This document shows, piece after piece, positions 40,786-52,988 of a stretch of DNA of 64,000 nt (position 1 is the first letter of the stretch; each line of letters starts with the position of its first letter). The translations under genes and the position numbers were made by a program. The DNA lies in the NCBI GenBank assembly GCA_963740315.1, contig CAVUDP010000002.1, positions 2,048,001-2,112,000 of the forward strand. The letters run 5' to 3'. Below the pieces are notes generated by a model, which was not told the DNA's origin, ran no database searches, and worked only from the letters and a program-made list of their open reading frames with translations. Source of the DNA: an uncultured cyanobacterium. Its GTDB lineage: Bacteria > Cyanobacteriota > Cyanobacteriia > Cyanobacteriales > Nostocaceae.

Positions 40786-41703
40786 TTAAGCGAAGGGGTT
40801 TCCACCACCCATTCCGCCGCCACCGAATGATGGCATTCCGCCGCCACCCATGTCGCCGCCACCGAATGGATTTCCACCACCCATTCCGCCGCCACCGAAT
40901 GATGGCATTCCGCCGCCACCCATGTCGCCGCCACCAAATGGGTTGCCGCCGCCACCCATGTCGCCGCTACCAAATGAGATTCCGCCGCCACCCATGTCGC
41001 CGCCACCAAATGGGTTTCCGCCGCCACCCATGTCGCCGCCACCAAATGGGTTTCCGCCGCCACCCATGTCGCCGCCAGCGAATGGATTGGAACCGCCGCC
41101 GAAACCACCTTCACCGCCACCGGAGGGCATTCCGCCGCCGAAACCACCTTCACCGCCACCGGAGGGCATTCCACCGCCGAAACCACCTTCGCCGCCACCG
41201 GAGGGCATTCCACCGCCGAAACCGCCGCCAGAAAGTTCGGAAGGATTTACGCCTCCAGCGAAAATATCCCAGAAGTTATCGCCAGCAAAAGGATTTCCAC
41301 CGTAAGCTAATTCACCCATATCCATATCGGAAGGAGGACCACCTTCACCGCCACCAAAGGGGTTTCCACCGCCACCCATGCCACCTTCTCCACCAAGGTT
41401 GCCAAATATATCTTCTACTCCTACATTTTCTCCATCTGCGCCCTGTATATCGAGCAAGCGACTAAATGGACCTATATTCGGCTGACTACCACTTTCCATA
41501 TTATTTCCGTCCATTGTTTCTTCCATTGATGAATTACCTTGATTATTTGTAGAGTTTCCAGTGGGAGCGCCAATATTGCCGAATATATCTTCGGCACTAT
41601 CTATACCTGGCAAGTCAAATAGGGGAGCGAAAACACTTTCACTAAGATCCATGTCTCCGCCGCCAAATGAACTGCCGGTGTTTGAATTTGTATCTTCTGC
41701 CAT
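40786..41703 (-). CDS. Gly/Met/NPF-rich low-complexity protein, copy A2
   Basis: AGGAGA RBS; MAEDTN start; GGGMPSGGGEGGF and GGGNPFGGGDM repeats. Confidence 0.88.
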   Translation of the reverse strand: MAEDTNSNTGSSFGGGDMDLSESVFAPLFDLPGIDSAEDIFGNIGAPTGNSTNNQGNSSMEETMDGNNMESGSQPNIGPFSRLLDIQGADGENVGVEDIFGNLGGEGGMGGGGNPFGGGEGGPPSDMDMGELAYGGNPFAGDNFWDIFAGGVNPSELSGGGFGGGMPSGGGEGGFGGGMPSGGGEGGFGGGMPSGGGEGGFGGGSNPFAGGDMGGGGNPFGGGDMGGGGNPFGGGDMGGGGISFGSGDMGGGGNPFGGGDMGGGGMPSFGGGGMGGGNPFGGGDMGGGGMPSFGGGGMGGGNPFA

Positions 41704-42242
41704 TACGATTGATTCTCCTATGTCGATTTTTTAAGTTAATTAGGAAAGAAAATATCTAGATCCCCTAATTTTTTTAACTAAGATTTATTGACAACTTCCT
41801 AACAATAATGATTGAATATTTTATAGCTTGGTAGATTGGTAAATATTTGAAGCATTGTTTTTGAGTGAAGATGCCAAATGTAAAAAACAATGCTTTATAA
41901 ATATCTCCTAACTTTTACGTTAAAACCTGTTCATCTAACACCTACATATTAGAGTAATTGATTTATATGTTTAATACTATGAATAATATTTTGATAATTC
42001 CTTCGTTTCTTTAGATATTTTATTTGATACAACGGAAGAGCAATAACTATGTAGTTTAAATAGCAGAAAATATAAACTACTATTTTATAGGAAATAAAAA
42101 ATCAATCTAATTAAATATATTTTGTGTAATTAAATACAGGTTAAAAAACATATAGGCACGTAGTTGAAAATATGGCGACTAAAGCGTTGCTACGTGCCTA
42201 TTTCGATCGTTTTCTCAGATGGTTTTTACCCGGATTTGATAT

Positions 42243-42422
42243 TTAAACAGCACCAACTAAAGCAGGTTCCCAACGTTCAACAGCTTTACCGATAACTGAT
42301 AATTTAGCAAATAAACGGTCAAACTGTTCTGGAGTCAGGGATTGAGGAGCATCAGACAAAGCTTTCGCGGGGTTGGGGTGAACCTCAACCATCAACGAAT
42401 CAGCACCTGCTGCAATAGCCGT
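42243..42422 (-). pseudogene. aroG: 3' remnant of the scytonemin-cluster DAHP synthase (aroG)
   Basis: AIAAGADSLMVEVHPNPAKALSDAPQSLTPEQFDRLFAKLSVIGKAVERWEPALVGAV* matches the AroF C-terminus; the 5' ~290 codons are absent. Confidence 0.9.
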
Positions 42423-42529
42423 TCCGATTAAACTACAGAAGTCGGGTTTTTAAGATAAATCTCCATAACATAAGACAACCTTTACAAAAACCCGACTTCT
42501 CACCCATCCCTCCGGTTGGTGAACGATTC

Positions 42530-43621
42530 TTATTTCAAAAATTCCGCAAGCTGTTCTAATTTTTTCCAAGCTTTACCACTTTTCAAAACGTCTTTGGCGA
42601 TCGCGACACCTTTAGTACAACGTTCTAAAATATCTTTACCTTCAACAGCTTCGCCAACATCTATTGCTAAAGCTGTATTTAAAGCAACTACATCTAATTG
42701 CGCTTGGGTACCTTTTCCTTGTAAAACAGCTTTCAAAATATCGGCATTTTCTTGAACTTCTCCACCTTTTAAAGCGGCAATTGGTGCGGGAGTTAAACCT
42801 AATTTTTCTGCCGTCAATTCTAATAAACTTACTTCCCCATTCTCAACGATCGCCACATCATTAACATCACCCAAACCCCCTTCATCTAATCTTTCTCGTC
42901 CGTGAATTACGATTCCTCGACGAATCCCCAGTTGCGATAAAGCTTGAGCGATCGTTTGCACTAAAAACGGATCGGATACACCGATAACTTGTCCTGTAGG
43001 ATGCATCGGATTTACCAAAGGTCCGAGCAAGTTAAAAATAGTCCGGATTTTTAAAGTTTTCCGTAAAGGAGCGACGGGCTTTAAAGCTGGATGCCAACCT
43101 GGTGCAAACAAAAATGTTACGCCAATTTCATCAACTGCCGATCGCACTTTTTTGGGGTCGGCTTGAAGATTTATACCTAAAGCTTCCAGTACGTCAGCGG
43201 AACCCGTTTTACTAGAAGCCGAACGATTTCCGTGTTTGGCAACCTTTACCCCCGCAGCAGCAGCAACAAAAGCGACGGCAGTGGAAATATTAAAAGTTGA
43301 AGCACCATCTCCACCAGTTCCGCAAGTATCTATCAATGGGAACGCAGATTCTCGATCGTCGAATCCTCCCAAAGACTGAGATTGCAAAACTTTAGCCATA
43401 CCCACCAATTCTTCTGGGGAAACTCCTTTAGCTTGAATTGCAGTCAAAATCGCGCCGGAAAGTACGGGGGGAATCGCATCTGCAAGCCATCCTTCAATTA
43501 ATTCGGTAGCTTGATTGACGCTGAGGGATTCTTTATTAAGTAGCTGTTGGAGTAAAGTAGACCACCGAGAAGTATCGGGAGCTTGGGAATTGTTAACTGG
43601 GGTTTGAGTTAAATTTGCCAT
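42530..43621 (-). CDS. trpD: Anthranilate phosphoribosyltransferase
   Basis: [36 protein letters not shown]. Confidence 0.97.
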   Translation of the reverse strand: MANLTQTPVNNSQAPDTSRWSTLLQQLLNKESLSVNQATELIEGWLADAIPPVLSGAILTAIQAKGVSPEELVGMAKVLQSQSLGGFDDRESAFPLIDTCGTGGDGASTFNISTAVAFVAAAAGVKVAKHGNRSASSKTGSADVLEALGINLQADPKKVRSAVDEIGVTFLFAPGWHPALKPVAPLRKTLKIRTIFNLLGPLVNPMHPTGQVIGVSDPFLVQTIAQALSQLGIRRGIVIHGRERLDEGGLGDVNDVAIVENGEVSLLELTAEKLGLTPAPIAALKGGEVQENADILKAVLQGKGTQAQLDVVALNTALAIDVGEAVEGKDILERCTKGVAIAKDVLKSGKAWKKLEQLAEFLK

Positions 43622-43957
43622 TCGATTTTAGATTTTAGACTTTAGATTTTGGATTGCTTTCTTTTAGAAAAAGAGGCTTGAAAAGTATTTATAGATTTTA
43701 TTTTATTATTACTGGTTCTTACTGGTTCCCAGTCTCTGGCTGGGAACCCCTGTATTTTACTGGTTCCCAGTCTCTGGCTGGGAACCTTTATATGGAAGGC
43801 TCTGCCTTCCATTGAATCTGGAGGCGGAGCCTCCCGGAAATGCATTACAAGGTAGAACCTTGTAACGAGAATACCGAGAATAAAATCTTTAGTTCGTAGT
43901 AAGGAATACACGTCCTATCTGAGCGATAAATCGCTTACTACGAACCAAGATTATTTA

Positions 43958-45193
<1,236 letters not shown>

Positions 45194-45364
45194 TTTGATT
45201 TGTATTCCTTTTGGTAATTTGATAATTGCGAGAGGGGGAAGAGGGGGAAGAGGGGGGAGATGGGGAGAGGGGGGGACAAGGAGACAAGGAGAAATAATTA
45301 CTAATTCCTAACTCCGGTGGTCCTAACTCTCTACTCCCTACTCCTAACTTTTACCTATTACCCA

Positions 45365-46180
45365 TTAACTTTTAACTAATTGTTCTTGAGAAATTGCAGC
45401 TTTAAGTTCTTTGCAAAATTCTTCTACTGCTTGCAATCCTTCTTTTTGAGTACCGTTTGCTAATCTTTTTACAAATGCGCTACCAACGATTACCGCATCA
45501 GCACCCCAATCCTTAGCTTGAATTGCTTGATCTGCACCGGAAATACCGAAACCAACACCAATTGCTTTATCGGTAGTGCCGCGTAAATCTTGCAACAAGT
45601 CTTCGACTCTACCTTCTAAACTTGTACGTACTCCGGTAACGCCGGTAACACTGACTAAGTAGATAAAGCCCTGAGATTGTTTGGCGATCGCATTTATCCG
45701 ATCTTTTGAACTGGTAGGCGCTACGAGCAAAGTTAGTTCAATTCCGAATTCTTGGGCTGACTGGATCAAATTCTCAGCTTCTTCTAAGGGTAAATCGGGA
45801 ACTACCAATCCTTTTACGCCAACTTCTGCAATTTTCGCTAAAAACTCTTTAATCCCTAAATTTAAAATCGGATTGTAATAAGTAAATAGAATAATCGGTG
45901 CTTGCAATTGAGGAGTTAATGTCTTCAACATCTGTAAAACATTATCCAACTTCGTACCTTTTGCCAAAGCACGAGTCGCAGCAGCTTGAATTACCGGACC
46001 ATCAGCTAAAGGATCGGAATAAGGAACGCCCAATTCAATAAAGCTAGCACCATTTTTATCTAAAATTTTTAGTGCTTTAGCAGTAGTTTCTAAATCCGGA
46101 TCTCCCGCAGTAATAAACGGAATTAAAGCGCAAGTATTGGATTTTCTTAATTCTTCAAAGCGTTGAGATATTGCAGTCAT
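45365..46180 (-). CDS. trpA: Tryptophan synthase alpha chain
   Basis: [34 protein letters not shown]. Confidence 0.98.
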   Translation of the reverse strand: MTAISQRFEELRKSNTCALIPFITAGDPDLETTAKALKILDKNGASFIELGVPYSDPLADGPVIQAAATRALAKGTKLDNVLQMLKTLTPQLQAPIILFTYYNPILNLGIKEFLAKIAEVGVKGLVVPDLPLEEAENLIQSAQEFGIELTLLVAPTSSKDRINAIAKQSQGFIYLVSVTGVTGVRTSLEGRVEDLLQDLRGTTDKAIGVGFGISGADQAIQAKDWGADAVIVGSAFVKRLANGTQKEGLQAVEEFCKELKAAISQEQLVKS

Positions 46181-46334
46181 GTTATTAGTTATTAGTTGTT
46201 AGTTGTTAATTTTAATAGGCATTGGGAATTGGGCTACCTCCCACCTCCGGTGAATGGGAATTGGTAATAGCGAATAGAAATTAATTATTCTCCCCATCTC
46301 CCAATCTCCCCATCCCCTTGTCCCCCCCATCCTC

Positions 46335-47189
46335 TTACCCCAGCAACTTCCTTACCGCATCTTCCACGTCAGGTTGCTTGACTAAAGATTCTCCTACCAA
46401 AACGGCACGAGCGCCAGCGTTATTTACGAAGGTTAAATCGTCGTTCTTGTATATACCGGATTCGCTGACAATGGTAATGCCAAAGCTTTGTAATTGCGAT
46501 TTTCTTTTAGAAATCAGTTTTTCGGTGGTTGCTAAATCTACGGTAAAGTTCTTCAAGTTGCGATTATTAATTCCTACTAACCTTACGTCAGCAAGTCTTA
46601 ACACTCTATCCAACTCCTTATCTGTATGGACTTCCACCAGAGCTGTCATTTTCAAGCTGTTAATTACTCGCAAAAAATCTTTCAACTGTACGTCAGATAG
46701 AATCGCTGCAATCAATAGTACCGCATCAGCACCAATGGTTCTAGCTAAATATATTTGATATAAATCAATAATAAATTCTTTGCATAATAACGGTAATTCT
46801 ACGCTTTTCCTAACATTACGCAGGTTGTCAAAACTACCTTTAAAAAAGTGACTGTCGGTAAGAACTGATAAACAGGCTGCACCTCCTTTTTCATAAGCTT
46901 GGGCTATATTTACCGGGTCAAAATCTTCTCGAATAATCCCCTTACTTGGCGATGCTTTTTTTACTTCCGCAATTAAACTAGGATGATGAGAATTTTCTTG
47001 CAAAGCCTTTAAAAAGTTTCGTACCTTTGGCGCATCTTTAAGTTGTTCTTGTACTTCAGCTAAAGGAGATTCCAATCGCATTTGAGCAACTTCTTGCCTT
47101 TTATGCAAGACTATCTCATCAAGTATGTGCCGGGATTTAGTTAACATATTCATTTTGTTGATAGTTGTCACATTATTCATAATATTCAT
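46335..47189 (-). CDS. trpC: Indole-3-glycerol-phosphate synthase
   Basis: [31 protein letters not shown]. Confidence 0.97.
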   Translation of the reverse strand: MNIMNNVTTINKMNMLTKSRHILDEIVLHKRQEVAQMRLESPLAEVQEQLKDAPKVRNFLKALQENSHHPSLIAEVKKASPSKGIIREDFDPVNIAQAYEKGGAACLSVLTDSHFFKGSFDNLRNVRKSVELPLLCKEFIIDLYQIYLARTIGADAVLLIAAILSDVQLKDFLRVINSLKMTALVEVHTDKELDRVLRLADVRLVGINNRNLKNFTVDLATTEKLISKRKSQLQSFGITIVSESGIYKNDDLTFVNNAGARAVLVGESLVKQPDVEDAVRKLLG

Positions 47190-47228
47190 ATTAAGTGCAG
47201 CTTTTAAACCCGCACTAGAAATAAAAGA

Positions 47229-47906
47229 TTACAGATTAGCTTTAATTGAGTTTCGGCTAGATGTTTTCTGACGCTGACTTAACAGTAAACCAGTACCAAT
47301 TATTCCCATACTAAGTATTGTTGCAGTATTTCCTGCTTCTGGCACTTTTTGAGGTACTGTGAAGGAACCAGTAAATACAATCGTACCTGTGGTACTAGGT
47401 TCGGTTGCTGCATTTGGGTTGAAAATCGTGTTTTGCGAAACCGTTAGAGTCCCTGTCGCACCTTTAAAATTGCCTTCTCCACCTAGAATCTTTGAAGTTC
47501 CAGATACCGATGCCGTTAAGTCTTCCAAGTTACGTGTAGCAGTACCAGTAGTGGTTGCAAATAATTTATCCTCACCGCTACTAAAAAATATCTCAGAAAG
47601 AATTGGCAATCCTTCTATACCAAACTCTGTGGCATCTGTAACTATTGATTGCAATCCTGTATCGTCATTTCTTTTTATGTAACTCTCTCTGATATAATTA
47701 TTCAAACCATAAGGTGCTGTTTTACTTTCACCTGTTAAAGTTGACTTAAACACGTCCCCTTGAATCGGTTCAAAAATGACTTCTATGTCGTAAGTAGCCT
47801 CAAAAGGAAAATTTGTTTGAGCATTAACCTTTGTATCATTTAACCCCAAACCTAATAACCCTACTGTTCCAGATATAAGTGATAAACTAAGCAAGCCAAG
47901 TTTCAT
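47229..47906 (-). CDS. Secreted PEP-CTERM-type protein of unknown function
   Basis: Signal peptide; ILGGEGNFKGATG beta-barrel-like motif; VPEA plus hydrophobic helix plus basic tail. Confidence 0.8.
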   Translation of the reverse strand: MKLGLLSLSLISGTVGLLGLGLNDTKVNAQTNFPFEATYDIEVIFEPIQGDVFKSTLTGESKTAPYGLNNYIRESYIKRNDDTGLQSIVTDATEFGIEGLPILSEIFFSSGEDKLFATTTGTATRNLEDLTASVSGTSKILGGEGNFKGATGTLTVSQNTIFNPNAATEPSTTGTIVFTGSFTVPQKVPEAGNTATILSMGIIGTGLLLSQRQKTSSRNSIKANL

Positions 47907-48144
47907 AGGTTTTTGTCCCTTAATAATAAATACTGACTACTTATAAACTTTAAACTCTAAAATAAATGTTGACTACTTATAAACACTGACTACTCATAAA
48001 CTTTAAAATAAACTTTAAACTAACCTATAACCCTCTACTTACTTCTTCCCTTTACGCCCTCCGCGTCTCTGCGGTTTTTTAATCTTTAATTTTGTTAAAG
48101 AATACGGGCATTTACACCCGCATTCTCTCTATTTTTCGCAAATC

Positions 48145-50349
48145 TTAACTCACGGAAACAACTTCCGATTCGCCGGATTTCGTATATTTGTAAACGACAT
48201 TTTTAATCATCGCCAAACCTACCTCACCCGCCAAAGTCATGATCGATTCGGGGTGAAACTGTACGGCTGCGATCGCCAGTGTTTTATGTTCGATCGCCAT
48301 AATTACATCGTCTTCTGACATTGCCGTAACTTTCAATTCTTGGGGAAACTTCTCTGGTAATGCAAACAACGAATGATATCTACCAACTACAAAAGATTCG
48401 GGTAGATCCTTAAACATCACCGAATTCGAGTCAGTAATATTAATCCGCGAAGGTTTACCATGTTGGGGATAATCTAAAACTCCCAATTCTCCACCGAAAG
48501 CTTCCACAATACCTTGCAATCCCAAACACACTCCAAAAATCGGAATATTGCGACGCACGCAAGCGGCGACGGTTTGCGGTACTTTAAAATCATTTGGTCT
48601 TCCAGGACCTGGAGACAATACAACTAAATCGGGTTTTTCTGTATCAAAAAGTGATTCATCAAAACCGTGACGCAGTGTTTTTACTGTTGCTCCACTTTGA
48701 CGAATGTAGTTCGCTAAAGTATGAACAAAAGAGTCTTCGCAGTCGATTAATAAGATGCGTTTACCCGGCTCCACGTTGGGAATACCAGAACTCAAAGAAT
48801 TTGGTTTACCTGTCTTAACTTTGGCTTTATCTTTAGCGCGGCGAATAGTTTCAAAAGCTGCGGCGGCTTTAGTTAAGGTTTCTTCTTCTTCGGCTGCGGG
48901 AATCGAATCATACAACACCGTTGCACCAACTCGTACTTCTGCGATCGAGTCTTTGAGTCGAATTGTCCGTAAAATCAAGCCGGTATTCAAATTACCGTTG
49001 AAGTTTAACCAGCCTACTGCTCCACCATACCAACGTCTGGCACTGCGTTCGTGCTGTTCGAGAAACTCTATGGCTGATTTCTTCGGTGCGCCAGTTACCG
49101 TTACTGCCCAAGTATGAGTTAAAAACGCATCTAAAGCATCAAAATCTTGTCGCAGCGTACCTTCTACATGGTCTACAGTATGAATTAAATGACTGTACAT
49201 TTCGATCTGACGGCGACCAATTACCCGCACCGAACCCGGTTCGCAAATCCGCGATTTATCGTTGCGATCCACGTCGGTACACATGGTTAACTCGGATTCG
49301 TCTTTGAATGAATTTAGCAGCTGACGAATTTGCGTAGCATCATCTAAAGCGTCTCTTCCTCTGGCGATCGTGCCGCTAATCGGACAAGTTTCTACCCGTC
49401 TGCCATCAACTCGGACAAAAATTTCCGGAGAAGAACCAATAATGTATTCCCCACCCAAGTTAAATATGAAGCCGTAGGGACTGGGATTAATTTCCTGTAA
49501 AGTTGTAAATAATTCCGATGGTGCGGTTTCACTAGTTATAGAGAAATTTTGTGAAGGTACAACTTCAAATAAATCGCCACGACGGAAATAATCGAGCGCA
49601 ACTCCTACTTGTTCGGCATATTCCCCCACTTCATGATCCGATCTCCGTTCGGGAGTAAGCTGTTTACCTCTATAATCTATCGACTCACCAGTACGAGGAA
49701 GATTATCAGTAGTGCTACCTTGAATCTCGAATTCATAGCTCAGACGATAGGCGCGTTGTAAATAGTAATCAACAACTACCAACTCATCGGGTAGATATAA
49801 AACCAAATCCCTTTGGTCATCCGCACGCTGCAAACGTTGAGAAATTGGTTCAAATTGCAGTACCAAATCGTAACCAAATGCTCCATACAGCCCTAAATGT
49901 TCGTCTTCATCGCTGTAAAAAACCTGCAATATATCGCGAATAACTGTAAAAGCCGAAGGTTGCTTACTGCGTTCTTCTTCTGTAAACAATTGTTGCGTTG
50001 CTTTGACAGCACCAATGATATTTTGTGTATTGTTAAGCTTAACGGATGATAATTGCGGATGTTTCGATAAGCGCTCCAACAGCATTGGTAAAAGTACTTT
50101 GCCGCGATCGTTGAGCGCCGTAATAGTAAAACCTTTATCTCGCGTTGTGACTTCCAAAGGTGGATTTACGAATCCAATCGCCCATCTTTTGTATCTTCCT
50201 GGATATTCGTAACTACTCTTAAGTAAACCTCCCCGCTTGGAATCGAGGTGAAACAAAATATCTTCTAAGGCTGTGTTAATCTCGACTTCTGTTACCGTGC
50301 GAGATACATTCACACCGCCACTAGTTGTGTAAGCTTGTTTTTCAATCAT
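48145..50349 (-). CDS. trpE: Anthranilate synthase, fused TrpE(G)
   Basis: Chorismate-binding domain (PISGT, DVDRND, TGAPK) plus GATase (SPGPG, GVCLGLQ, QFHPES). Confidence 0.96.
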   Translation of the reverse strand: MIEKQAYTTSGGVNVSRTVTEVEINTALEDILFHLDSKRGGLLKSSYEYPGRYKRWAIGFVNPPLEVTTRDKGFTITALNDRGKVLLPMLLERLSKHPQLSSVKLNNTQNIIGAVKATQQLFTEEERSKQPSAFTVIRDILQVFYSDEDEHLGLYGAFGYDLVLQFEPISQRLQRADDQRDLVLYLPDELVVVDYYLQRAYRLSYEFEIQGSTTDNLPRTGESIDYRGKQLTPERRSDHEVGEYAEQVGVALDYFRRGDLFEVVPSQNFSITSETAPSELFTTLQEINPSPYGFIFNLGGEYIIGSSPEIFVRVDGRRVETCPISGTIARGRDALDDATQIRQLLNSFKDESELTMCTDVDRNDKSRICEPGSVRVIGRRQIEMYSHLIHTVDHVEGTLRQDFDALDAFLTHTWAVTVTGAPKKSAIEFLEQHERSARRWYGGAVGWLNFNGNLNTGLILRTIRLKDSIAEVRVGATVLYDSIPAAEEEETLTKAAAAFETIRRAKDKAKVKTGKPNSLSSGIPNVEPGKRILLIDCEDSFVHTLANYIRQSGATVKTLRHGFDESLFDTEKPDLVVLSPGPGRPNDFKVPQTVAACVRRNIPIFGVCLGLQGIVEAFGGELGVLDYPQHGKPSRINITDSNSVMFKDLPESFVVGRYHSLFALPEKFPQELKVTAMSEDDVIMAIEHKTLAIAAVQFHPESIMTLAGEVGLAMIKNVVYKYTKSGESEVVSVS

Positions 50350-51110
50350 GGGCTATTTAAGAAGGAATAATTGCGGACTATGCGGTCAAAAATTCAAAAT
50401 TAATATTTAATTAGAAGCTATAAATGCATTCACGTGGCTAGAATAACAACTATTCGTTAACGCATCTATAATTAATTGCTTTATAGTCTTGAGCAGTGAA
50501 TTTTTAACTTGAGACTAATTCTAATTACAATTAAATTACAAGATTTCCACTACAGTATATTTGCTAAAATGCAGTTCGGTTGAGATACTGCCTGTAACCA
50601 CGTAGGTTCTGAATAAAAATTTTAAAAGAATACAAAAGGTAAGAAAATGAGATTTGTAATATTTCACTCTATCGAAGGGTAAATAGATACAAAAGCCTTG
50701 AATACAGTTAAATCAAGGGCATACATTAACGGTAAGCATTTAGTAAAAACTTATAAATGCGACTAAATAAGTAATAGTCTAAAACCGTTGACTGCATTTT
50801 AATATCTCTTTACACTCTTTAAGCCTACTAGATATTAAGTAAGGCATAAATGAACTTTTTTTCGATAGGTGTGTCTAATTTTTCGCTGTTATGTTTATTT
50901 GTTTAAATTATTCCGGATAAGTAATTTTTAGGTATGGACGCTACTATCCACGGTATGAAAATACTTGTATACCTTTAGGTAGAAGATGAGAGAGATGGGG
51001 GGATGGGGAGATGGGGAGATGGGGAGATGGGGAGATGGGGGGATGGGGAGATGGGGGAGATGGGGAGAGGGGGAGATGGGGGAAGCATCTTTCTTGCTTG
51101 AAGCATATAT

Positions 51111-51230
51111 TCACATCTTGCACCAGTGTCAGAAACCCGGTTTCTTCTCGTAGAAACATGATTATTTCGTTATGAAATCAGTAAGAAACCGGGTTTCTTT
51201 GGACTTGTTGAGAATGGTGTAAGAAGTCAG
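51111..51230. mobile_element. MITE-like element (CACATCTTGCACCA / AGAAACCCGGTTTCT family)
   Basis: Imperfect TIRs with internal AGAAACCCGGTTTCTT...AAGAAACCGGGTTTCT; relatives at ~22985-23145 and ~56200-56290. Confidence 0.65.
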
Positions 51231-51361
51231 TATAGCGAGCAAGATGCTCGCACTACTTAATCTAAATTGGATATTTGTTCATTTGCAAGTCAGTTATTAA
51301 GCCTTAGAGTAAATAATTCAAATCTTCTAACCTTTGACCTTTGACCTTTGACCTATAACCT

Positions 51362-52771
51362 TTAACCTTTCACCTTTAACCTTTCACCTTTAACCCGATC
51401 TGCTTGTAAATGTTGCAATATTAACTGGCAAACGTCGGTTGCTTTGATAGATTCGGAATTAATTAAGTTAGTGTTTTTACTAATTAATAAAGGTCCCATA
51501 TCTGGGGATGGAGGAATGCAACCGTGTGAACCTTTGACTAAGGAAGCGTCTAAAGGAATCACATCCATTAAGTAGCGAAAACCAAGCTTTTTCTTGAGCA
51601 GTTTTAAGCCAACTTTGAGTTTAGGTAGTTTGAGTTGAGGATCGATAAATAATTCTACAGGATCGTAACCTGGTTTGCGATGAATATCTACGGTTCTGGC
51701 AAAGTCTGGGGCGCGTTTATCGTCAAGCCAATAATAATAAGTAAACCATGCATCGGGTTTTGCAACTGCTACAAAGGTACCGCTTCGAGAATGATCTAAA
51801 TGGTAATCTGGTTTACTCGTATCATCTAAGATATAGTCGATTCCTTCTGCTTCTTCTAACAGACTTCTGACTTGAGGAATATAGTCTGCATCGTTGATGT
51901 AAACATGAGCAATTTGATGATCCGCAACGGCGAAAGCTTTACTAGCCCCAGCATCGAGGATTTCTCTTCCTTCTTCCTCGCGAATAGCTAATAAGCCTTT
52001 TGAACGTAATAATCTATTAATATGAATCGGTTGAGAAACGGGTGTAATCCCATATTCCGATAAGACGATAACAGAAGCTCCGCGCTGTTCGTAAAAATCA
52101 ATTAAATCGCCGCAAACTGCATCTACTTCTTGTAATTCTTTAGCAATTTTATCTTGGTCTGGACCAAATTTTTGCAAGCAGTAATCAAGATGCGGTAGGT
52201 AAATCAAAGTTAAATTCGGACTGCATTTTTCCTCTACCCATTTCGATGAATTTGCTATCCATTGTGTAGATGCGATCGATGCAGTAGGTCCCCAAAAGTT
52301 AAATAGAGGAAATTGACCAAACTCTGCTTGTAAGCGATCGCGAAAGTTACTTGGTTGAGTGTAAATATCGGGAAGTTTCCTACCATCAGCAGGATACATC
52401 GGTCGAGGAGTTACCGAGTAATTAACTGAGGAGTACATATTGTACCACCAGAACATATTAGCGCAGGTGAAAGATGAATCCAATTCCCGCGCCATCTCCC
52501 ATACTTTAGGAGATTGAACTAACTTATTCGACTGTTTCCAAAACTTCGTTTCACAATCATCTCGAAAATACCAACCATTGCCGACAATGCCATGATCGTT
52601 AGGCATTTTTCCCGTTAAATAAGTTGACTGTACCGAACAAGTAACCGCCGGTAATACGGGTTCCACCGTCGCAACTTTTCCAAATTCAGCCCACCGCGAA
52701 AGCCTTGGTGTATGCTTTCCTAATAAACTTGGGGTTAATCCGACTACGTTTATGACAACTGTTTTATTCAT
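51362..52771 (-). CDS. eboF: EboF, alkaline-phosphatase/nucleotide pyrophosphatase family
   Basis: VVINVVGLT, PAVTCSVQSTYLTG, YLPHLDY, VDIHRKPGYDP; ebo context. Confidence 0.88.
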   Translation of the reverse strand: MNKTVVINVVGLTPSLLGKHTPRLSRWAEFGKVATVEPVLPAVTCSVQSTYLTGKMPNDHGIVGNGWYFRDDCETKFWKQSNKLVQSPKVWEMARELDSSFTCANMFWWYNMYSSVNYSVTPRPMYPADGRKLPDIYTQPSNFRDRLQAEFGQFPLFNFWGPTASIASTQWIANSSKWVEEKCSPNLTLIYLPHLDYCLQKFGPDQDKIAKELQEVDAVCGDLIDFYEQRGASVIVLSEYGITPVSQPIHINRLLRSKGLLAIREEEGREILDAGASKAFAVADHQIAHVYINDADYIPQVRSLLEEAEGIDYILDDTSKPDYHLDHSRSGTFVAVAKPDAWFTYYYWLDDKRAPDFARTVDIHRKPGYDPVELFIDPQLKLPKLKVGLKLLKKKLGFRYLMDVIPLDASLVKGSHGCIPPSPDMGPLLISKNTNLINSESIKATDVCQLILQHLQADRVKGERLKVKG

Positions 52772-52988
52772 GATTAGTGGTTAGTTGTTAATGGTCAGTT
52801 GATATTTGATAATAGAAATAAAATACTTACTGATAATTGATAATTAATAATTGATGAAATGCACCATGCGGGTAAAACTTGATAGTGTAAATAAAAATAC
52901 TAGAAGATTTATTTTACGTAGAAATAAGAGATATTGGTTAGCGATTTAATTTGAAATCAGCTAACCACTATCCACTAACAACTAACTA

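Noticed and set aside
35402..41465. Alternative-frame ORFs over the A/B repeats (His/Arg-rich, Pro-rich, Ala/Val-rich)
   Set aside because: Shadows of the Gly-rich minus-strand genes; repeat variation is synonymous in the annotated frame
35347..41703. A proteins as RiPP precursors, calcyanin or RTX proteins
   Set aside because: No adjacent protease or tailoring enzymes, no long hydrophobic glycine-zipper triplication, no GGxGxDxLx nonapeptides
33249..42242. tRNA-His-integrated genomic island or prophage
   Set aside because: No integrase, no visible duplicated tRNA 3' end, no phage genes; HIP1 sites and native repeats are present inside
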